From Bacteriovoracaceae bacterium (GTDB lineage Bacteria; Bdellovibrionota; Bacteriovoracia; Bacteriovoracales; Bacteriovoracaceae), in contig JABIHA010000108.1 of NCBI GenBank assembly GCA_018649885.1, forward strand, positions 1 to 64,000: a stretch of DNA of 64,000 nucleotides. Reading direction: 5' to 3'. The translations under genes and the position numbers were made by a program. Shown in pieces: positions 47,948-58,528 of this stretch. Below the pieces are notes generated by a model. The model was not told the DNA's origin. It searched no databases and saw only the letters and a list, made by a program, of their open reading frames with translations. How positions within the stretch are numbered: position 1 is the first letter of the stretch; each line of letters begins with the position of its first letter.

Positions 47948-48826
47948 TTAGTTCATACTATTTTCACTCTGCTTGGCATAACCTTTAGCAGCACTCTTTT
48001 GACTTGGTTTTAGTGTATTTATTGGAGGAGTCTTAACTTCCTCCGGTAATTCAATTTTATCAACATCTTTTAAAAGCACTTTCTTTCCATTAACAGTTAA
48101 CACGGCTCCATCTTCTTCGAAAGTTACAGATTGAACAATACCCTTAGCCTTTGAAGTTGCCCTTACAGGCTTGTTGTATTCATCATAGGCAAGTACCTGA
48201 AACTTATAACTTCCTTTTCCTGCTCGGTGGCCATCAAGAGATTTTCCATCCCAAGTTAATCTATTGTTACCATGGCCCATATTTTGACGTCGTATTTCAC
48301 CAACTGTCACACCTTGTTGATCCATAACTCTTACAATCACAGTAGTAGCTGGTTTTTCCAGGAAAAAATTAATATCTGCTTTATCACCCTGGCCTTTGTA
48401 CTCAAGAGTAGATCCAGTTGTTAGAACTCTCTTTCCTAAAAAACTTGAAGCTAAAAACTTCTTTTGAATTGGTGCATTTTGAGTCGACTTTTCAAGTGCC
48501 AATCTCATATTTTGAATTTGCTCAAGTTGTGAAAATTGAGCAAGCTCACCTGCAAACTTATTTTGATCAACAGGCTTCATGGGATCTTGGTTTTGCAGCT
48601 GAACTGCTAATAGTTTTAAAAACTCGTTTTTTCCCATCTTGTTGTGAGTTTTTCTATCGACAAAGAAATCTTTATTGATCTCACCGACGCCCAATCTTTC
48701 AATAGCATTTTCCATTGACGCTTTTGAGCCAGGACGTTTAGCATTTGGTGCAGCCTTAGGTGCACCTCTATTTATTGCAACTTTTTTAAACTTATTTTTA
48801 ATTTCTGGTCTTCCAATCTTTGGCAT
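47948..48826 (-). CDS. flgD: Flagellar hook capping protein
   Basis: FLKLLAVQLQNQDPMKP...ELAQFSQLEQ plus FlgD Ig domain (WDGK). Confidence 0.96.
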   Translation of the reverse strand: MPKIGRPEIKNKFKKVAINRGAPKAAPNAKRPGSKASMENAIERLGVGEINKDFFVDRKTHNKMGKNEFLKLLAVQLQNQDPMKPVDQNKFAGELAQFSQLEQIQNMRLALEKSTQNAPIQKKFLASSFLGKRVLTTGSTLEYKGQGDKADINFFLEKPATTVIVRVMDQQGVTVGEIRRQNMGHGNNRLTWDGKSLDGHRAGKGSYKFQVLAYDEYNKPVRATSKAKGIVQSVTFEEDGAVLTVNGKKVLLKDVDKIELPEEVKTPPINTLKPSQKSAAKGYAKQSENSMN

Positions 48827-50229
48827 TAAACCATCTTCCTTTTTGCTTCACGCCACAACTCCATTCTTTTACTGGAGTGCTTTTCATCATTGCCTTGTTT
48901 ACTATTATATTCTTTTTCTTGACTCATTGCAAAACCTTCTCGCCTGGAATCCTTTTCCTGGCCACTAAAATCCATTTCTGACTTTCCACTAGATTCAAGC
49001 TTTACGTCAGCAACATTTAGACCACTTAGTTGTAAGTGTTTGACTAAATCGTTTCGATTGTCATTGAAAAATTCAAACCCTGCATTTCTAGCGGCGGTAA
49101 TTTCAATACCAATTTCCTTGGTTTTAGAATTGGTCTTTGTCACTGCTATGTGAATATCTCCAAGCTCACCGTGATGAACCTGCATCTCTACTTTTTCTTT
49201 TCCAGCTTCAGCTGATTGAAGAATGTAATCAGAAATTTTTCCTATAATCTCACTAGAGTCAGCGGTATCAACACCTGTGGTTAAATTAAATGTTTTAATG
49301 GTGCTAGTTTCAGCTTTTGCAGTTTCTTTTACATGTCCTGCCACTTGTTCACCATTTAATTTAACTTCAGTAGTTTTTATTTCGGCTGTTTGTAATTGCC
49401 CATTCAATTCAGCAGCTTGATCTTTTTTATCCGAAAGGCCTGCTTTCGATTCTTTATTCTCGACATTGGTTTCATCGGGCAAGATATTAGAAATACCATT
49501 TTTTTGTTGTGCTGCCTGCCCATTTTTATTTCCAAGAACCTTCCCAAGAAGATTCTTTTTTCCATTTAAAGCTTGTTTTTTCCCAAGAGGATTTAATTCC
49601 CTACCTAGTACCAGGCCCTTTGACTTGGAGCTTGCGATTTGTCCTTTAAGGTTTGAAGTGCCTATCACATTATGAGCAGCTGGAGCTAGGTTAAGATTTT
49701 CACCTTCGCCAGTAGGTAGTTTTTTTGCACCATGATTTTTTTCAAACCTTTTTCGGAGTGCCTTTTTATCCATAAAAATAGTACCGGACTCTTCATTTTT
49801 TGTAGCTGCAACAACTTTTTTATCTGTGTCTTGCCTAAGATTCTTTATTTTTTTTCTATTGAAGATGGTGTTCAGCTTACCTTCATTTTCAACTTGTGGA
49901 TTTTTTCCACCTTTCTGCTTTTTATTTTCACCAAATAGAACACTCTTAATTTGCTCATCTGTCTCGTGGTGAATAGATGCAAGTGCTGCTGCTTCTTCGG
50001 TAAGCTCTTCACCGCCCACTATTCCACCTTCTAATCTCTCACCAGTTTTAGCTGCGGAGGTTTCAGATATAAGACTCTCATCCATCATTTCTTTTGTTAC
50101 TTCGGCTTGTTTTTCAACTGCCACATTTAGCTCACCCACAAACTCACTGCCGCCACCTTCAGTCTCGGTTTTTTGATCTTTCATTGCATGGGATTGGATA
50201 AAATAGGGATATGTTTGTAGTGTTTCCAT
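48826..50229 (-). CDS. fliK: Flagellar hook-length control protein
   Basis: Low-complexity N-terminus with C-terminal ELGDIHIAV...LQLSGL domain. Position before flgD. Probable ATG at 50229. Confidence 0.75.
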   Translation of the reverse strand: METLQTYPYFIQSHAMKDQKTETEGGGSEFVGELNVAVEKQAEVTKEMMDESLISETSAAKTGERLEGGIVGGEELTEEAAALASIHHETDEQIKSVLFGENKKQKGGKNPQVENEGKLNTIFNRKKIKNLRQDTDKKVVAATKNEESGTIFMDKKALRKRFEKNHGAKKLPTGEGENLNLAPAAHNVIGTSNLKGQIASSKSKGLVLGRELNPLGKKQALNGKKNLLGKVLGNKNGQAAQQKNGISNILPDETNVENKESKAGLSDKKDQAAELNGQLQTAEIKTTEVKLNGEQVAGHVKETAKAETSTIKTFNLTTGVDTADSSEIIGKISDYILQSAEAGKEKVEMQVHHGELGDIHIAVTKTNSKTKEIGIEITAARNAGFEFFNDNRNDLVKHLQLSGLNVADVKLESSGKSEMDFSGQEKDSRREGFAMSQEKEYNSKQGNDEKHSSKRMELWREAKRKMV

Positions 50230-50280
50230 TAACTTCCTAGGCTCGGCAAAAGCATAGCTATTGCGCAAAGTGTTATGAAG

Positions 50281-50862
50281 TTATTTTTTCATATTCAGGT
50301 ATAGTTTTTGAAGTCTGGCAGAAATTTCCTTATCCATCAAATTGAATATTTTTGAAGCCTTAGCGGGTTCTAGTCGTGAAAGAATTACGACAGAAATACT
50401 TGAGTCTTGCACTGACAAGACAGAAGCCGCATTTGCAGGCCTCATACCCGAGATAACTTCTACCATTTTGTTAATTCTCGATGCTTTCTCTTGGTCATTT
50501 TTATCAAAGCATGCAATCAGCTTTTTTTGCCTTTTATCGAAGTTGATAATTTTTTTTGTAAGAAGCTTTTCATTTAACTTTAACTGCTCTTCTCTCATTC
50601 CTAACTGACTCTTTGAATGCTTCAGAATCTTTTCTTTTTCGAGAATTTCTCTAGTTAAAGCAGATAAGCTATCAGGCTTTATTCTCTTTAGAGTTTTTTC
50701 AATTTCACTATTTAATTTTTCAGCAAATAACTTATCAAGCTTTGTTTTAAATTCTGACTCTGTATATACTTTGGACTCTTCAATTTTGTCTTTTTCACTA
50801 TCTTGAGAAAATGCATTTAGAGAAAAAGTAATGGTAGCAAGTAGTAAGATGGTTTTTATCAT
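50281..50862 (-). CDS. MotE/FlbB-like protein (MgtE N-terminal-like domain)
   Basis: Signal peptide, coiled coil, MVEVISGMRPANAASVL...ILSRLEPAKASKIFNLMD. Follows fliJ. Confidence 0.8.
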   Translation of the reverse strand: MIKTILLLATITFSLNAFSQDSEKDKIEESKVYTESEFKTKLDKLFAEKLNSEIEKTLKRIKPDSLSALTREILEKEKILKHSKSQLGMREEQLKLNEKLLTKKIINFDKRQKKLIACFDKNDQEKASRINKMVEVISGMRPANAASVLSVQDSSISVVILSRLEPAKASKIFNLMDKEISARLQKLYLNMKK

Positions 50863-51311
50863 ATCTCTTCTTCCTTGTTTGAAAATCCGATAATAAAATT
50901 TTCAGAGATTTTTCGCTCTAACTCTTTATTTTTTTCTTTAATATATTTTTTGTGCTCTTTATCCTTCAAATTGCCTAGCAGTTTCACTTGCCCTCTTTTC
51001 TTGGCAAGCTCCTCCAATTTTTCAGAATGTCTTTTTTCAAGTCCATAAATCTCGTTCAACGTTTTGTCCACATCAGCTCTCACACCTTGATTGTACATGG
51101 GGTAGAATTGAATCTCATGCCCTTTTGCACCAACTCTGGCCATTTCATTTTGAGAAGAGTAACTCTCGTCGAGTGATAGACCTAATTTTTCAATCTTGGC
51201 CTTACGATTGGCTATTTCCCTATTTAAAAAACCAAGCTCCACTTTACATTGGTGCTCTTTTAATTCCCTTAATTTGAGTAGGGCGTCTAATTTAAATTTA
51301 AACTTATTCAT
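50859..51311 (-). CDS. fliJ: Flagellar export protein FliJ
   Basis: FKFKLDALLKLRE coiled coil immediately after fliI. Confidence 0.88.
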   Translation of the reverse strand: MNKFKFKLDALLKLRELKEHQCKVELGFLNREIANRKAKIEKLGLSLDESYSSQNEMARVGAKGHEIQFYPMYNQGVRADVDKTLNEIYGLEKRHSEKLEELAKKRGQVKLLGNLKDKEHKKYIKEKNKELERKISENFIIGFSNKEEEI

Positions 51312-51321
51312 TTATAGTTAC

Positions 51322-52731
51322 CTAAACGACGTTAAACTCTGATGGATTTTCTTCTTCTTCTTCACCAGTAAAAAGATCTGGATTTACCGCCATCTCTGCC
51401 TTTCTAGCTAATTCAACCATTTGATCGTAAAGACTTTCAATGGATTCACATTCACCAATATCTTGTCTAAGAAGTTGAATCAAATCGTCGTAAATTATCA
51501 TGGCCTTATCCACTTTGGGATTGGTTCCCCTTACATATGCTCCAACATTTATAAGGTCTTCAGCTTCATTATATGAGGCCAGCAAATCCCTGAGGTGAGA
51601 GGCCACAATTCGGTGCTCATTACTAATAACTTTTGTCATGACCCTTGATATTGAACCCAAAACATCAATGGCGGGGAAATGGTTTCGATGAGCGAGTGCC
51701 CTACTTAAAATTATGTGACCATCACTAATAGATCTAACTGCATCGGCAATAGGTTCATCCATATCATCACCTTCAACCAGTACAGTATAAATACCTGTGA
51801 TTGAACCAGAATCCTTTATATTTCCCGCCCTTTCCATTAATTTTGGTAGTTTGGCAAATACACTTGGAGTGTAGCCTTTTTGACCAGGAGGTTCTCCTGC
51901 ACTTAGAGATATCTCTCTATTGGCCATAGCAAATCTTGTAATCGAATCCATCAAAAGAACCACGTCTAAGCTTTGATCTCGAAAGTATTCTGCGATAGTA
52001 GTTGCTGTATACGCAGCTTTTGTCCTAATTAATGGACTAGTATCGGAAGTGGCGACAACAACAACTGATCTTTTAAGACCTTCCTCTCCTAAGTCTGATT
52101 CTATGAACTCAAGAACTTCTCTTCCTCGTTCACCAATTAGCGCAATAACATTTACATTGGCATTGGTATTTCTGGCAATCATTCCCAGCAGTACTGACTT
52201 ACCAACACCTGAACCTGACATAATGCCAAGCCTTTGTCCTTTACCGGCGGTGGTAAAGCAATTAATAGCACTAATTCCAGTATCTAGAGGCTCTCTAATG
52301 GGTGGTCTTAAAAGAGGGTTTATGGGAGCACCAAATATAGATCTCTTGGAAAAGGGTCCTTCTAAGGGCCCTTTTCCATCAATGGGATTTCCCAAAAAGT
52401 CGACGACTCTACCAAGCATAGCATCTGAAACTTTAATGCTTGTACTCAAACTCTTAAGATAAATTTTAGTATTTGAATTTATGCCAGAAATATCATTGTA
52501 AGGCATTACGTAACAGTTTTTACCTTTTATAGAAACAACTTCACCGGGAGATCTCTCCAAACCATCGGTTACAAATTCTACAGTACATCCAATTGAAGCT
52601 GTGGGAAGTCTAGTTTCAAATAACATCCCTTTGCTGGCAATTATCTTTCCAACCCAAGTATAGGGATTATACGAATTATGGTAATTGTAGATATGATCAA
52701 AATGTAGAAATTTGTTATCTTTACTGTCCAT
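51322..52731 (-). CDS. fliI: Flagellar export ATPase FliI
   Basis: GSGVGKS, IGERGRE, MDSITRFAMA and HFPAIDVLGSISR. Probable ATG at 52731. Confidence 0.96.
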   Translation of the reverse strand: MDSKDNKFLHFDHIYNYHNSYNPYTWVGKIIASKGMLFETRLPTASIGCTVEFVTDGLERSPGEVVSIKGKNCYVMPYNDISGINSNTKIYLKSLSTSIKVSDAMLGRVVDFLGNPIDGKGPLEGPFSKRSIFGAPINPLLRPPIREPLDTGISAINCFTTAGKGQRLGIMSGSGVGKSVLLGMIARNTNANVNVIALIGERGREVLEFIESDLGEEGLKRSVVVVATSDTSPLIRTKAAYTATTIAEYFRDQSLDVVLLMDSITRFAMANREISLSAGEPPGQKGYTPSVFAKLPKLMERAGNIKDSGSITGIYTVLVEGDDMDEPIADAVRSISDGHIILSRALAHRNHFPAIDVLGSISRVMTKVISNEHRIVASHLRDLLASYNEAEDLINVGAYVRGTNPKVDKAMIIYDDLIQLLRQDIGECESIESLYDQMVELARKAEMAVNPDLFTGEEEEENPSEFNVV

Positions 52732-53539
52732 AGGCGTCTGACGCTTCAAATAGAGAATCAATTAATTCAAATTGAGACTCAAGAGAGCCATCAATAATAT
52801 TTGATTCACATTCAACACTAATACCTTTGTGCTCAAAATCTTTATTTACTTCAATTCTTACATTAGTTAGTTTTCCAACTTTCTTCTGAACAGAGTCTAA
52901 AATCTCAGGCATCCCCTCGAAATCAGCTTCATTCACGCGAATTAGTAAATTTGATTGCTCTTGAATTTCTAGTATTAACTTCATTAGAAGTCTTTCAAGG
53001 TAATTATCATCTTCCTCGACTTCTTTTAATATTATCCATTTTGTTAGAGTCTTAAGAAGTTCATACATTTGTTTTCTTTGTTTCTCAAAAACGAGGTCTC
53101 TTTTGTGATGAACTTCTCCAATCATACTTGAAAGCTGAACAATTTTCTCTTCACTTTCCTTAAGCGTTTTATCAACTACAAAATTAAAACCTTTTTCTTC
53201 CCCATGCTTAAATCCTTCTCTGTGGGCCTCTTCTCTAATTCGCCCTAATCTTTTTTGTACTTCTTTTTCTACGGCTTCAGAGTAATCTCTTTCTTCTTGT
53301 TGCTTAATTCCTCTATACTTCTCTACAACAGGTGAAAATCGAAAGGATTCCTTCTTTGCATAATCCCTTTCGTTTCTTACTATTTTTTGGTGACTTTCTT
53401 TATTTATGAGAAGCTTATCGTCAAGGTCTTTAATTTCAAATTCCTTAACCTCACCACCTTTAATTATTTTTCCAGAAAACTCTCGAAAGTCGTAGTTTGA
53501 AATTCCTGATGCATTTTCTGATTCTGTACTCATGCGCAT
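52721..53539 (-). CDS. fliH: Flagellar assembly protein FliH
   Basis: AxxxGxxxG repeats (EAHREGFKHGEEKG) and C-terminal IDGSLESQ. Located between fliG and fliI. Confidence 0.85.
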   Translation of the reverse strand: MRMSTESENASGISNYDFREFSGKIIKGGEVKEFEIKDLDDKLLINKESHQKIVRNERDYAKKESFRFSPVVEKYRGIKQQEERDYSEAVEKEVQKRLGRIREEAHREGFKHGEEKGFNFVVDKTLKESEEKIVQLSSMIGEVHHKRDLVFEKQRKQMYELLKTLTKWIILKEVEEDDNYLERLLMKLILEIQEQSNLLIRVNEADFEGMPEILDSVQKKVGKLTNVRIEVNKDFEHKGISVECESNIIDGSLESQFELIDSLFEASDAYGQ

Positions 53540-53545
53540 TTCCTA

Positions 53546-54580
53546 TTAAACAAATGAATCTCCCTCTCCACCTCTAGAAATAATCGCTTTACCTTGGGCT
53601 TCGAGATCCTTACATTTTTGGACAATTTCTTGCTGTGCCTTTTCAACATCTGAAAGCTTAGTCGGTCCCATGGCTTCAAGATCTTCCTTAAGAAGGTTCG
53701 CGGCTCTATTAGACATATTTTTGAAGAGCTTAACCTTAACCTCTTCAGGAGATGTCTTCATTGCCATAACAAGTTTTTGATTATCAACTTCTTTGAGAAG
53801 AGACTGGATACCTTTATCATCAACAAAGACAAGGTCTTCGAAAACAAACATGAGTTTTTTGATTTCTTCAGCAAGTTCAGGATCTTTCTCTTCAACCCTA
53901 GACATAACATTTTTCTCACTGGTTTTATCCATCAAGTTCAACATATCTGCAATCGGAGGCACACCACCGAGTTGATTGGTATCAATTGATCCAAGAGTTG
54001 ATAGCTCCGTTTTGAGAACATCATCAAGTTGTGCAATTAGCTCAGGAGATACGTAGTCCAGATTTGCAACCCTAAGAACAACTTCGGCTTGTAGGCCTTC
54101 AGGAAGTTTTCTCAGAACATCAACTTTTCTTTCAGTATTTAAATGGGCCAAAATAAGAGCAATTGTTTGAGGATGCTCGTTAATTAAAAAGTTGGCCAGA
54201 GTTCTTGTATCCACTAACTCAAGTGATTCTAGTGTATTAGATCCACCAATTTCAACAATTTGTCCAAGTAGTTGCTTGGCCCTATCTTCCCCAAGAGTAC
54301 CGAGAATAAAATCACGACCTCTGTTATCAGCAAATAATAATTCGCTATCTTCATTTAGGGCAGAATAAAATTCTTCAAGAATTCTTTTTAAAAGCCAGAT
54401 TGGGCATTTTTGAACATTAGACATTGAATTGATCATTCGCTTAACATCATTATCTTTTAGATGACGAAAAATCAATTGGGTGGTCGTCGGCCCTAAAGCA
54501 CTTAAGAGCACCGCTGCCTTATCTTGTCCTGATAGTAGTGAATATTCTACTTCAGGATCTAGACTTTTTTCACCTGCCAC
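53546..54580 (-). CDS. fliG: Flagellar motor switch protein FliG
   Basis: KAAVLL, EHPQTIALIL, MFVFEDL and NMSNRAA. Confidence 0.97.
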   Translation of the reverse strand: MAGEKSLDPEVEYSLLSGQDKAAVLLSALGPTTTQLIFRHLKDNDVKRMINSMSNVQKCPIWLLKRILEEFYSALNEDSELLFADNRGRDFILGTLGEDRAKQLLGQIVEIGGSNTLESLELVDTRTLANFLINEHPQTIALILAHLNTERKVDVLRKLPEGLQAEVVLRVANLDYVSPELIAQLDDVLKTELSTLGSIDTNQLGGVPPIADMLNLMDKTSEKNVMSRVEEKDPELAEEIKKLMFVFEDLVFVDDKGIQSLLKEVDNQKLVMAMKTSPEEVKVKLFKNMSNRAANLLKEDLEAMGPTKLSDVEKAQQEIVQKCKDLEAQGKAIISRGGEGDSFV

Positions 54581-54592
54581 TTTTAACCTCGA

Positions 54593-56281
54593 TTACGCAA
54601 TTTCCTTATCACTATCCACAGAGTGGATCATTTCGGCCATTACTTGCGCAGCTTTCTCTGGATTATTCTCTATAAGAGTAATAATCTTCTCTTTTAACAT
54701 ATTACCTTCAACCTTCTCTGGATTCAGCTTTTCTTCAATTGTTGGAAGAGCATCCTCAAGACCGGGTAGTTTTTGGTCTGATTGTATTTTTTCTAATTCT
54801 TCAAGAGTCTTGGGAAGAAAATCTTCCACTGATTCAACAGTGTTCTCTGTAACCCACTGGATAAATGGTCTAACAACTATGAAGAAGAACATTGTCAGGA
54901 TAAGTCCGATGACAAGGTATTTGATAATATTCTTGAGAATCTTTCGATTCTCTCTTTTACGCATAATTGCATCCATAAGTGCAAGATCTTCTTTTGCGAA
55001 CTCCATATTTCTTATCGTTAGCTTATCACCACGCTTCAGATTAATGCCTACGGTTGATGCAATTATTTCATTGAAATTTGTAATATCTGCTTCACCCCAG
55101 GCTTGGTATTGAGTTTTTGGAATGCCGTCTTCATCCAGTATTACAGCACCAGCTTTATCAAACATTGTAACTTGCTTACCATCTATCATTACGGCAACAG
55201 TTAAGTTTTTGATTCTAGCAGTTGGATGAGTAGATTTTGTTACCTTCGATGGAACATTATAATTGCGCGTTTTCAATTTTTTATCAACATTGTTTCTTGT
55301 CTCAGGAATTCCTGGTTGTGGATTTTCACCTGGAAGGTTAGACCTAGCTCCTGGTATCCCCTGCGGAGAAGGCCTGGAGCCTTTGATGATTTGATCATTC
55401 GTTACTTCAGATAAAACGGTCGAATTCTCTCCATCAAATTTAGTCTCAGTTGTCACGGCCTGCGTGAAATCGAGCTCAGTATTTACTTTTGCAATTACTT
55501 TTCCAGCGCCAACAACTTTAGCAAGAATATTTTCAATTTGATCTTCCATTTGGCGATTAACTCTAGTCTGAAGTGCTAACCTATTCGAAGTTTCCCTAGT
55601 TACTGGGTCTCCTATATTTTCAGATAGTTTCTTTCCTCTTGCGTCTATAATAGTAACATTTTCTGGCCTCATACCATCTACCGAAGATGCTACAAGAGAA
55701 GCCACACCCTTTATCTCTTGTAGTGTCATGCTCACACCACGATCGAGTTCTAAAACGATTGAAGCACTTGGTGGTTTTTGTTCTGATACAAATGGACTTT
55801 GCTCTGGAATACTTAGATGAACCCTTGCTCTTTTTACACCTTTGAGATGTTTAATTGTTTTGACAAGCTCACCCTCAATTGCCCTTTGGCGATTGATTTT
55901 CTGAACAAAACTAGTCGTTCCAAAACTTTGCTTATCAAATACTTCATAGCCAACAGTGCCTGAGAATTCAACGCCTTTTTTGGCGAGTTCAAGTCTCCAA
56001 ATATGGACTTTATCTTCAGGAACAAGAATCGATTTTCCATTATTTTCAAATTGGTAAGGAATATTACTTTCTTCTAATAATCTTGCAATTTGTTTTCCAT
56101 CTTCTTTATTTAGCTCAGAGTATAATGGTTGATAAGTAGTATGAGTGGCCCATTTAACGACAGCAAAACAGCAGAATCCTACTAAGATTGTAAGAAGGAC
56201 TAAGCCTGCCTTTCTTTCGGCGGCGAGAGAATTCCAAAAATTCTTGAAATTTTCTGAAATTTTTAATACAAATGCGTCCAC
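54593..56281 (-). CDS. fliF: Flagellar MS-ring protein FliF
   Basis: GYEVFD..SFGTTSF, RAIEGEL, ARVHL and PSASI. Confidence 0.97.
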   Translation of the reverse strand: MDAFVLKISENFKNFWNSLAAERKAGLVLLTILVGFCCFAVVKWATHTTYQPLYSELNKEDGKQIARLLEESNIPYQFENNGKSILVPEDKVHIWRLELAKKGVEFSGTVGYEVFDKQSFGTTSFVQKINRQRAIEGELVKTIKHLKGVKRARVHLSIPEQSPFVSEQKPPSASIVLELDRGVSMTLQEIKGVASLVASSVDGMRPENVTIIDARGKKLSENIGDPVTRETSNRLALQTRVNRQMEDQIENILAKVVGAGKVIAKVNTELDFTQAVTTETKFDGENSTVLSEVTNDQIIKGSRPSPQGIPGARSNLPGENPQPGIPETRNNVDKKLKTRNYNVPSKVTKSTHPTARIKNLTVAVMIDGKQVTMFDKAGAVILDEDGIPKTQYQAWGEADITNFNEIIASTVGINLKRGDKLTIRNMEFAKEDLALMDAIMRKRENRKILKNIIKYLVIGLILTMFFFIVVRPFIQWVTENTVESVEDFLPKTLEELEKIQSDQKLPGLEDALPTIEEKLNPEKVEGNMLKEKIITLIENNPEKAAQVMAEMIHSVDSDKEIA

Positions 56282-56309
56282 TTAAAACTCCTTCAATCAG
56301 CCACTGAAA

Positions 56310-56675
56310 TTATATTTGCATCTTCATTATTTCTTTGTAGGCATCAATCACTTTAGACCGGACTTGGTTCATAGTTCTAAATGCTAAATCTGCCTGCTCA
56401 ACTTTCAGCATTGTCTCGTGCAGATTCTTTGAATTTCCAGATGCGAGGTTTTCAATGGCGAAGTTAGCTTCGTGTTGCAGTTCATTCACTTGGCCTAAAC
56501 TATCAACAAGAAATTGTCCAAAAGATTTTTGAACTTGTCCGTTTTCTGCAGGAACTTTAGCTGCATCTTTTAAGGTAAAAGATTTTTGAACACCTAACTC
56601 AGCACTTTTGGTCCAAGCTTTCGCATCGTACTTATTAAGTACGTCATGAATTCCACCTATCGTTTGAATGCTCAT
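56310..56675 (-). CDS. fliE: Flagellar hook-basal body protein FliE
   Basis: C-terminal LHETML...QVRSKVIDAYKEIMKMQI. Confidence 0.95.
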   Translation of the reverse strand: MSIQTIGGIHDVLNKYDAKAWTKSAELGVQKSFTLKDAAKVPAENGQVQKSFGQFLVDSLGQVNELQHEANFAIENLASGNSKNLHETMLKVEQADLAFRTMNQVRSKVIDAYKEIMKMQI

Positions 56676-56697
56676 TACTTACCACCTTAGTTATTAA

Positions 56698-57135
56698 TTA
56701 TTTTCCAATCTCAAGTGCTTTCATTGCCATACCCTTACTGGTATTGATGGCACTAATATTTGCTTCATATGCACGTGATGCAGAGATCATATTGGCCATT
56801 TCTTCCATTACATTAATGTCAGGATAGGCCACATATCCTTTTGCATTTGCATCAGGATGATCGGGATCATAGACAAGTTTTGGAGGTTTATTTGAGGAGA
56901 TGACCTCAGTAGCATGGACCTCTTGTGCATTTTGATCTACTTCACCTTCAAGAATCTCTGAAAAGGTTCTTCTTGCAGGCTCAGATCCAAAGGCAACTTC
57001 CTTTTTTCTATAGGGGCCACCTTCTTTAGTCCTAGTGGTTTGGGCATTGGCAATATTGGATGCAATAGCATCCATTCTTTTTCTATTGGCCGCGAGCCCT
57101 GAAGCACTAATTCTTAGACTTTTAAGATAATCCAT
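56698..57135 (-). CDS. flgC: Flagellar basal-body rod protein FlgC
   Basis: ISASGL...NIANAQTTRT..GGPY, YDPDHPDA and ASRAYEAN. Confidence 0.97.
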   Translation of the reverse strand: MDYLKSLRISASGLAANRKRMDAIASNIANAQTTRTKEGGPYRKKEVAFGSEPARRTFSEILEGEVDQNAQEVHATEVISSNKPPKLVYDPDHPDANAKGYVAYPDINVMEEMANMISASRAYEANISAINTSKGMAMKALEIGK

Positions 57136-57163
57136 AATTTAATACGCTCCTAACTTTCTATTC

Positions 57164-57568
57164 CTAATTAGAATTCAAAGTATATTTCATGAGTGCTATT
57201 TTCTTATTCAACAATTGGACAGCAGCATCATACATAATTTTGTTCTCGGCCATTTTCGCCATTTCTGCATCACGATCTACTGTATTACCATCTTGTGAAG
57301 CGATCCCATTTGGGTCTTCGAAAATTTCTGGTTGCACTGACTCAAACCCACCACCACCAACATTGAAATGGTTTGGATTGTTCACATTCATGCTTCTCGA
57401 TTTATCCAAATCGAGTGCCTGTTTTAGAGCACCCTCAAATTCAATTCTTTTGGCCTTGTAACCAGGTGTGGTTGCATTAGCAATATTACTCGCAATCAAC
57501 TCTTGACGTAGCTCTCTCATATTGAGAGAGGTTGCAAGTGCTTTCATTGTTTTGTCAGCAATTTTCAT
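57164..57568 (-). CDS. flgB: Flagellar basal-body rod protein FlgB
   Basis: RQELIASNIANATTPGYKA and DGNTVDRDAEM. Confidence 0.97.
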   Translation of the reverse strand: MKIADKTMKALATSLNMRELRQELIASNIANATTPGYKAKRIEFEGALKQALDLDKSRSMNVNNPNHFNVGGGGFESVQPEIFEDPNGIASQDGNTVDRDAEMAKMAENKIMYDAAVQLLNKKIALMKYTLNSN

Positions 57569-57571
57569 ACT

Positions 57572-58501
57572 TTACCTCAAGTTCAAAAAGAATTGAGAAC
57601 CGTCTTGCCTATACTCATTAATTTTGTTTCTAAGTGTTCTAATGGAAACGCCCAAAATCTTAGCGGCTTGAGTTCTATTTTCCGATGTATGAATTAGTGC
57701 TTTTCTAATTAGTAGCTTTTCAGCTTCTTTTAAAGACATTAATTTAATATCACCGTCAGAGTCATCATCAATTGAGTTAATAACTTTTCTTTCACCAATT
57801 GTGAGGTGCTCAATATCAATGGGAGTATCACCTGCATTTTGAACCGAGCTTTCAAGAACTTTTTGAAGTTCTCTTATATTGTGAGTCCAGTAGTGAGAAG
57901 TTAGCTTATTCATGGCCTCATCAGTAATATCTGATTCTATTCCCCAGTCTCTTAAAAATCCCTCTGAAAGTAGTTTAATATCTTCAACTCTTTCTCTAAG
58001 TGGTTTTAATGAAATCTGTGTTCCTGAAATTAAGGTATAAAGAGCTCTATAGAATCTTCCTGACCCTACGAGTTTTGAAAGATTTTTTGTAGATGTAGCA
58101 ATAATTCTAACATCAAGATCATAATCATCTAGTTCTTGAAATATTTGATAGAGTCTTTTTTGAAAAACTTCTTCTAGTCCATCAACATTTGCTAGTATGA
58201 TTGTTCCTCTATTGCATGTTTCAAGCACACCTTTATTAAAGCGACCTGTCTCATCGTCTCTATGACCGAGAATTTGATTTTCAACATCCTTAGAATCACC
58301 CGAGCAATCAATTACCGAAAGAGGATTCTCTTTTCGACTTGATATCTGGTGGACATAGGTAGCAAGGGTTCTTTTTCCTGTTCCTGATTCACCGATAATA
58401 AGTACTGGAGCCCTTGTTGAAGCTACATTTCTTGCGTAGTCCAACGACCTCTGTACTTTCAAATCTCTACCAAACAACCCCTCATTTACTACGTTCTGCA
58501 T
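57572..58501 (-). CDS. Degenerate sigma54-interaction (bEBP) AAA+ protein with Fis-type HTH
   Basis: VLIIGESGTGK, VRIIATS, GRFYRALY, NIRELQ and NRTQAAKILGVSIRTLRNK. GAFTGA and Walker B are degenerate. Confidence 0.88.
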   Translation of the reverse strand: MQNVVNEGLFGRDLKVQRSLDYARNVASTRAPVLIIGESGTGKRTLATYVHQISSRKENPLSVIDCSGDSKDVENQILGHRDDETGRFNKGVLETCNRGTIILANVDGLEEVFQKRLYQIFQELDDYDLDVRIIATSTKNLSKLVGSGRFYRALYTLISGTQISLKPLRERVEDIKLLSEGFLRDWGIESDITDEAMNKLTSHYWTHNIRELQKVLESSVQNAGDTPIDIEHLTIGERKVINSIDDDSDGDIKLMSLKEAEKLLIRKALIHTSENRTQAAKILGVSIRTLRNKINEYRQDGSQFFLNLR

Positions 58502-58528
58502 CTATGACCTCCTGTCATTTAATGTACT

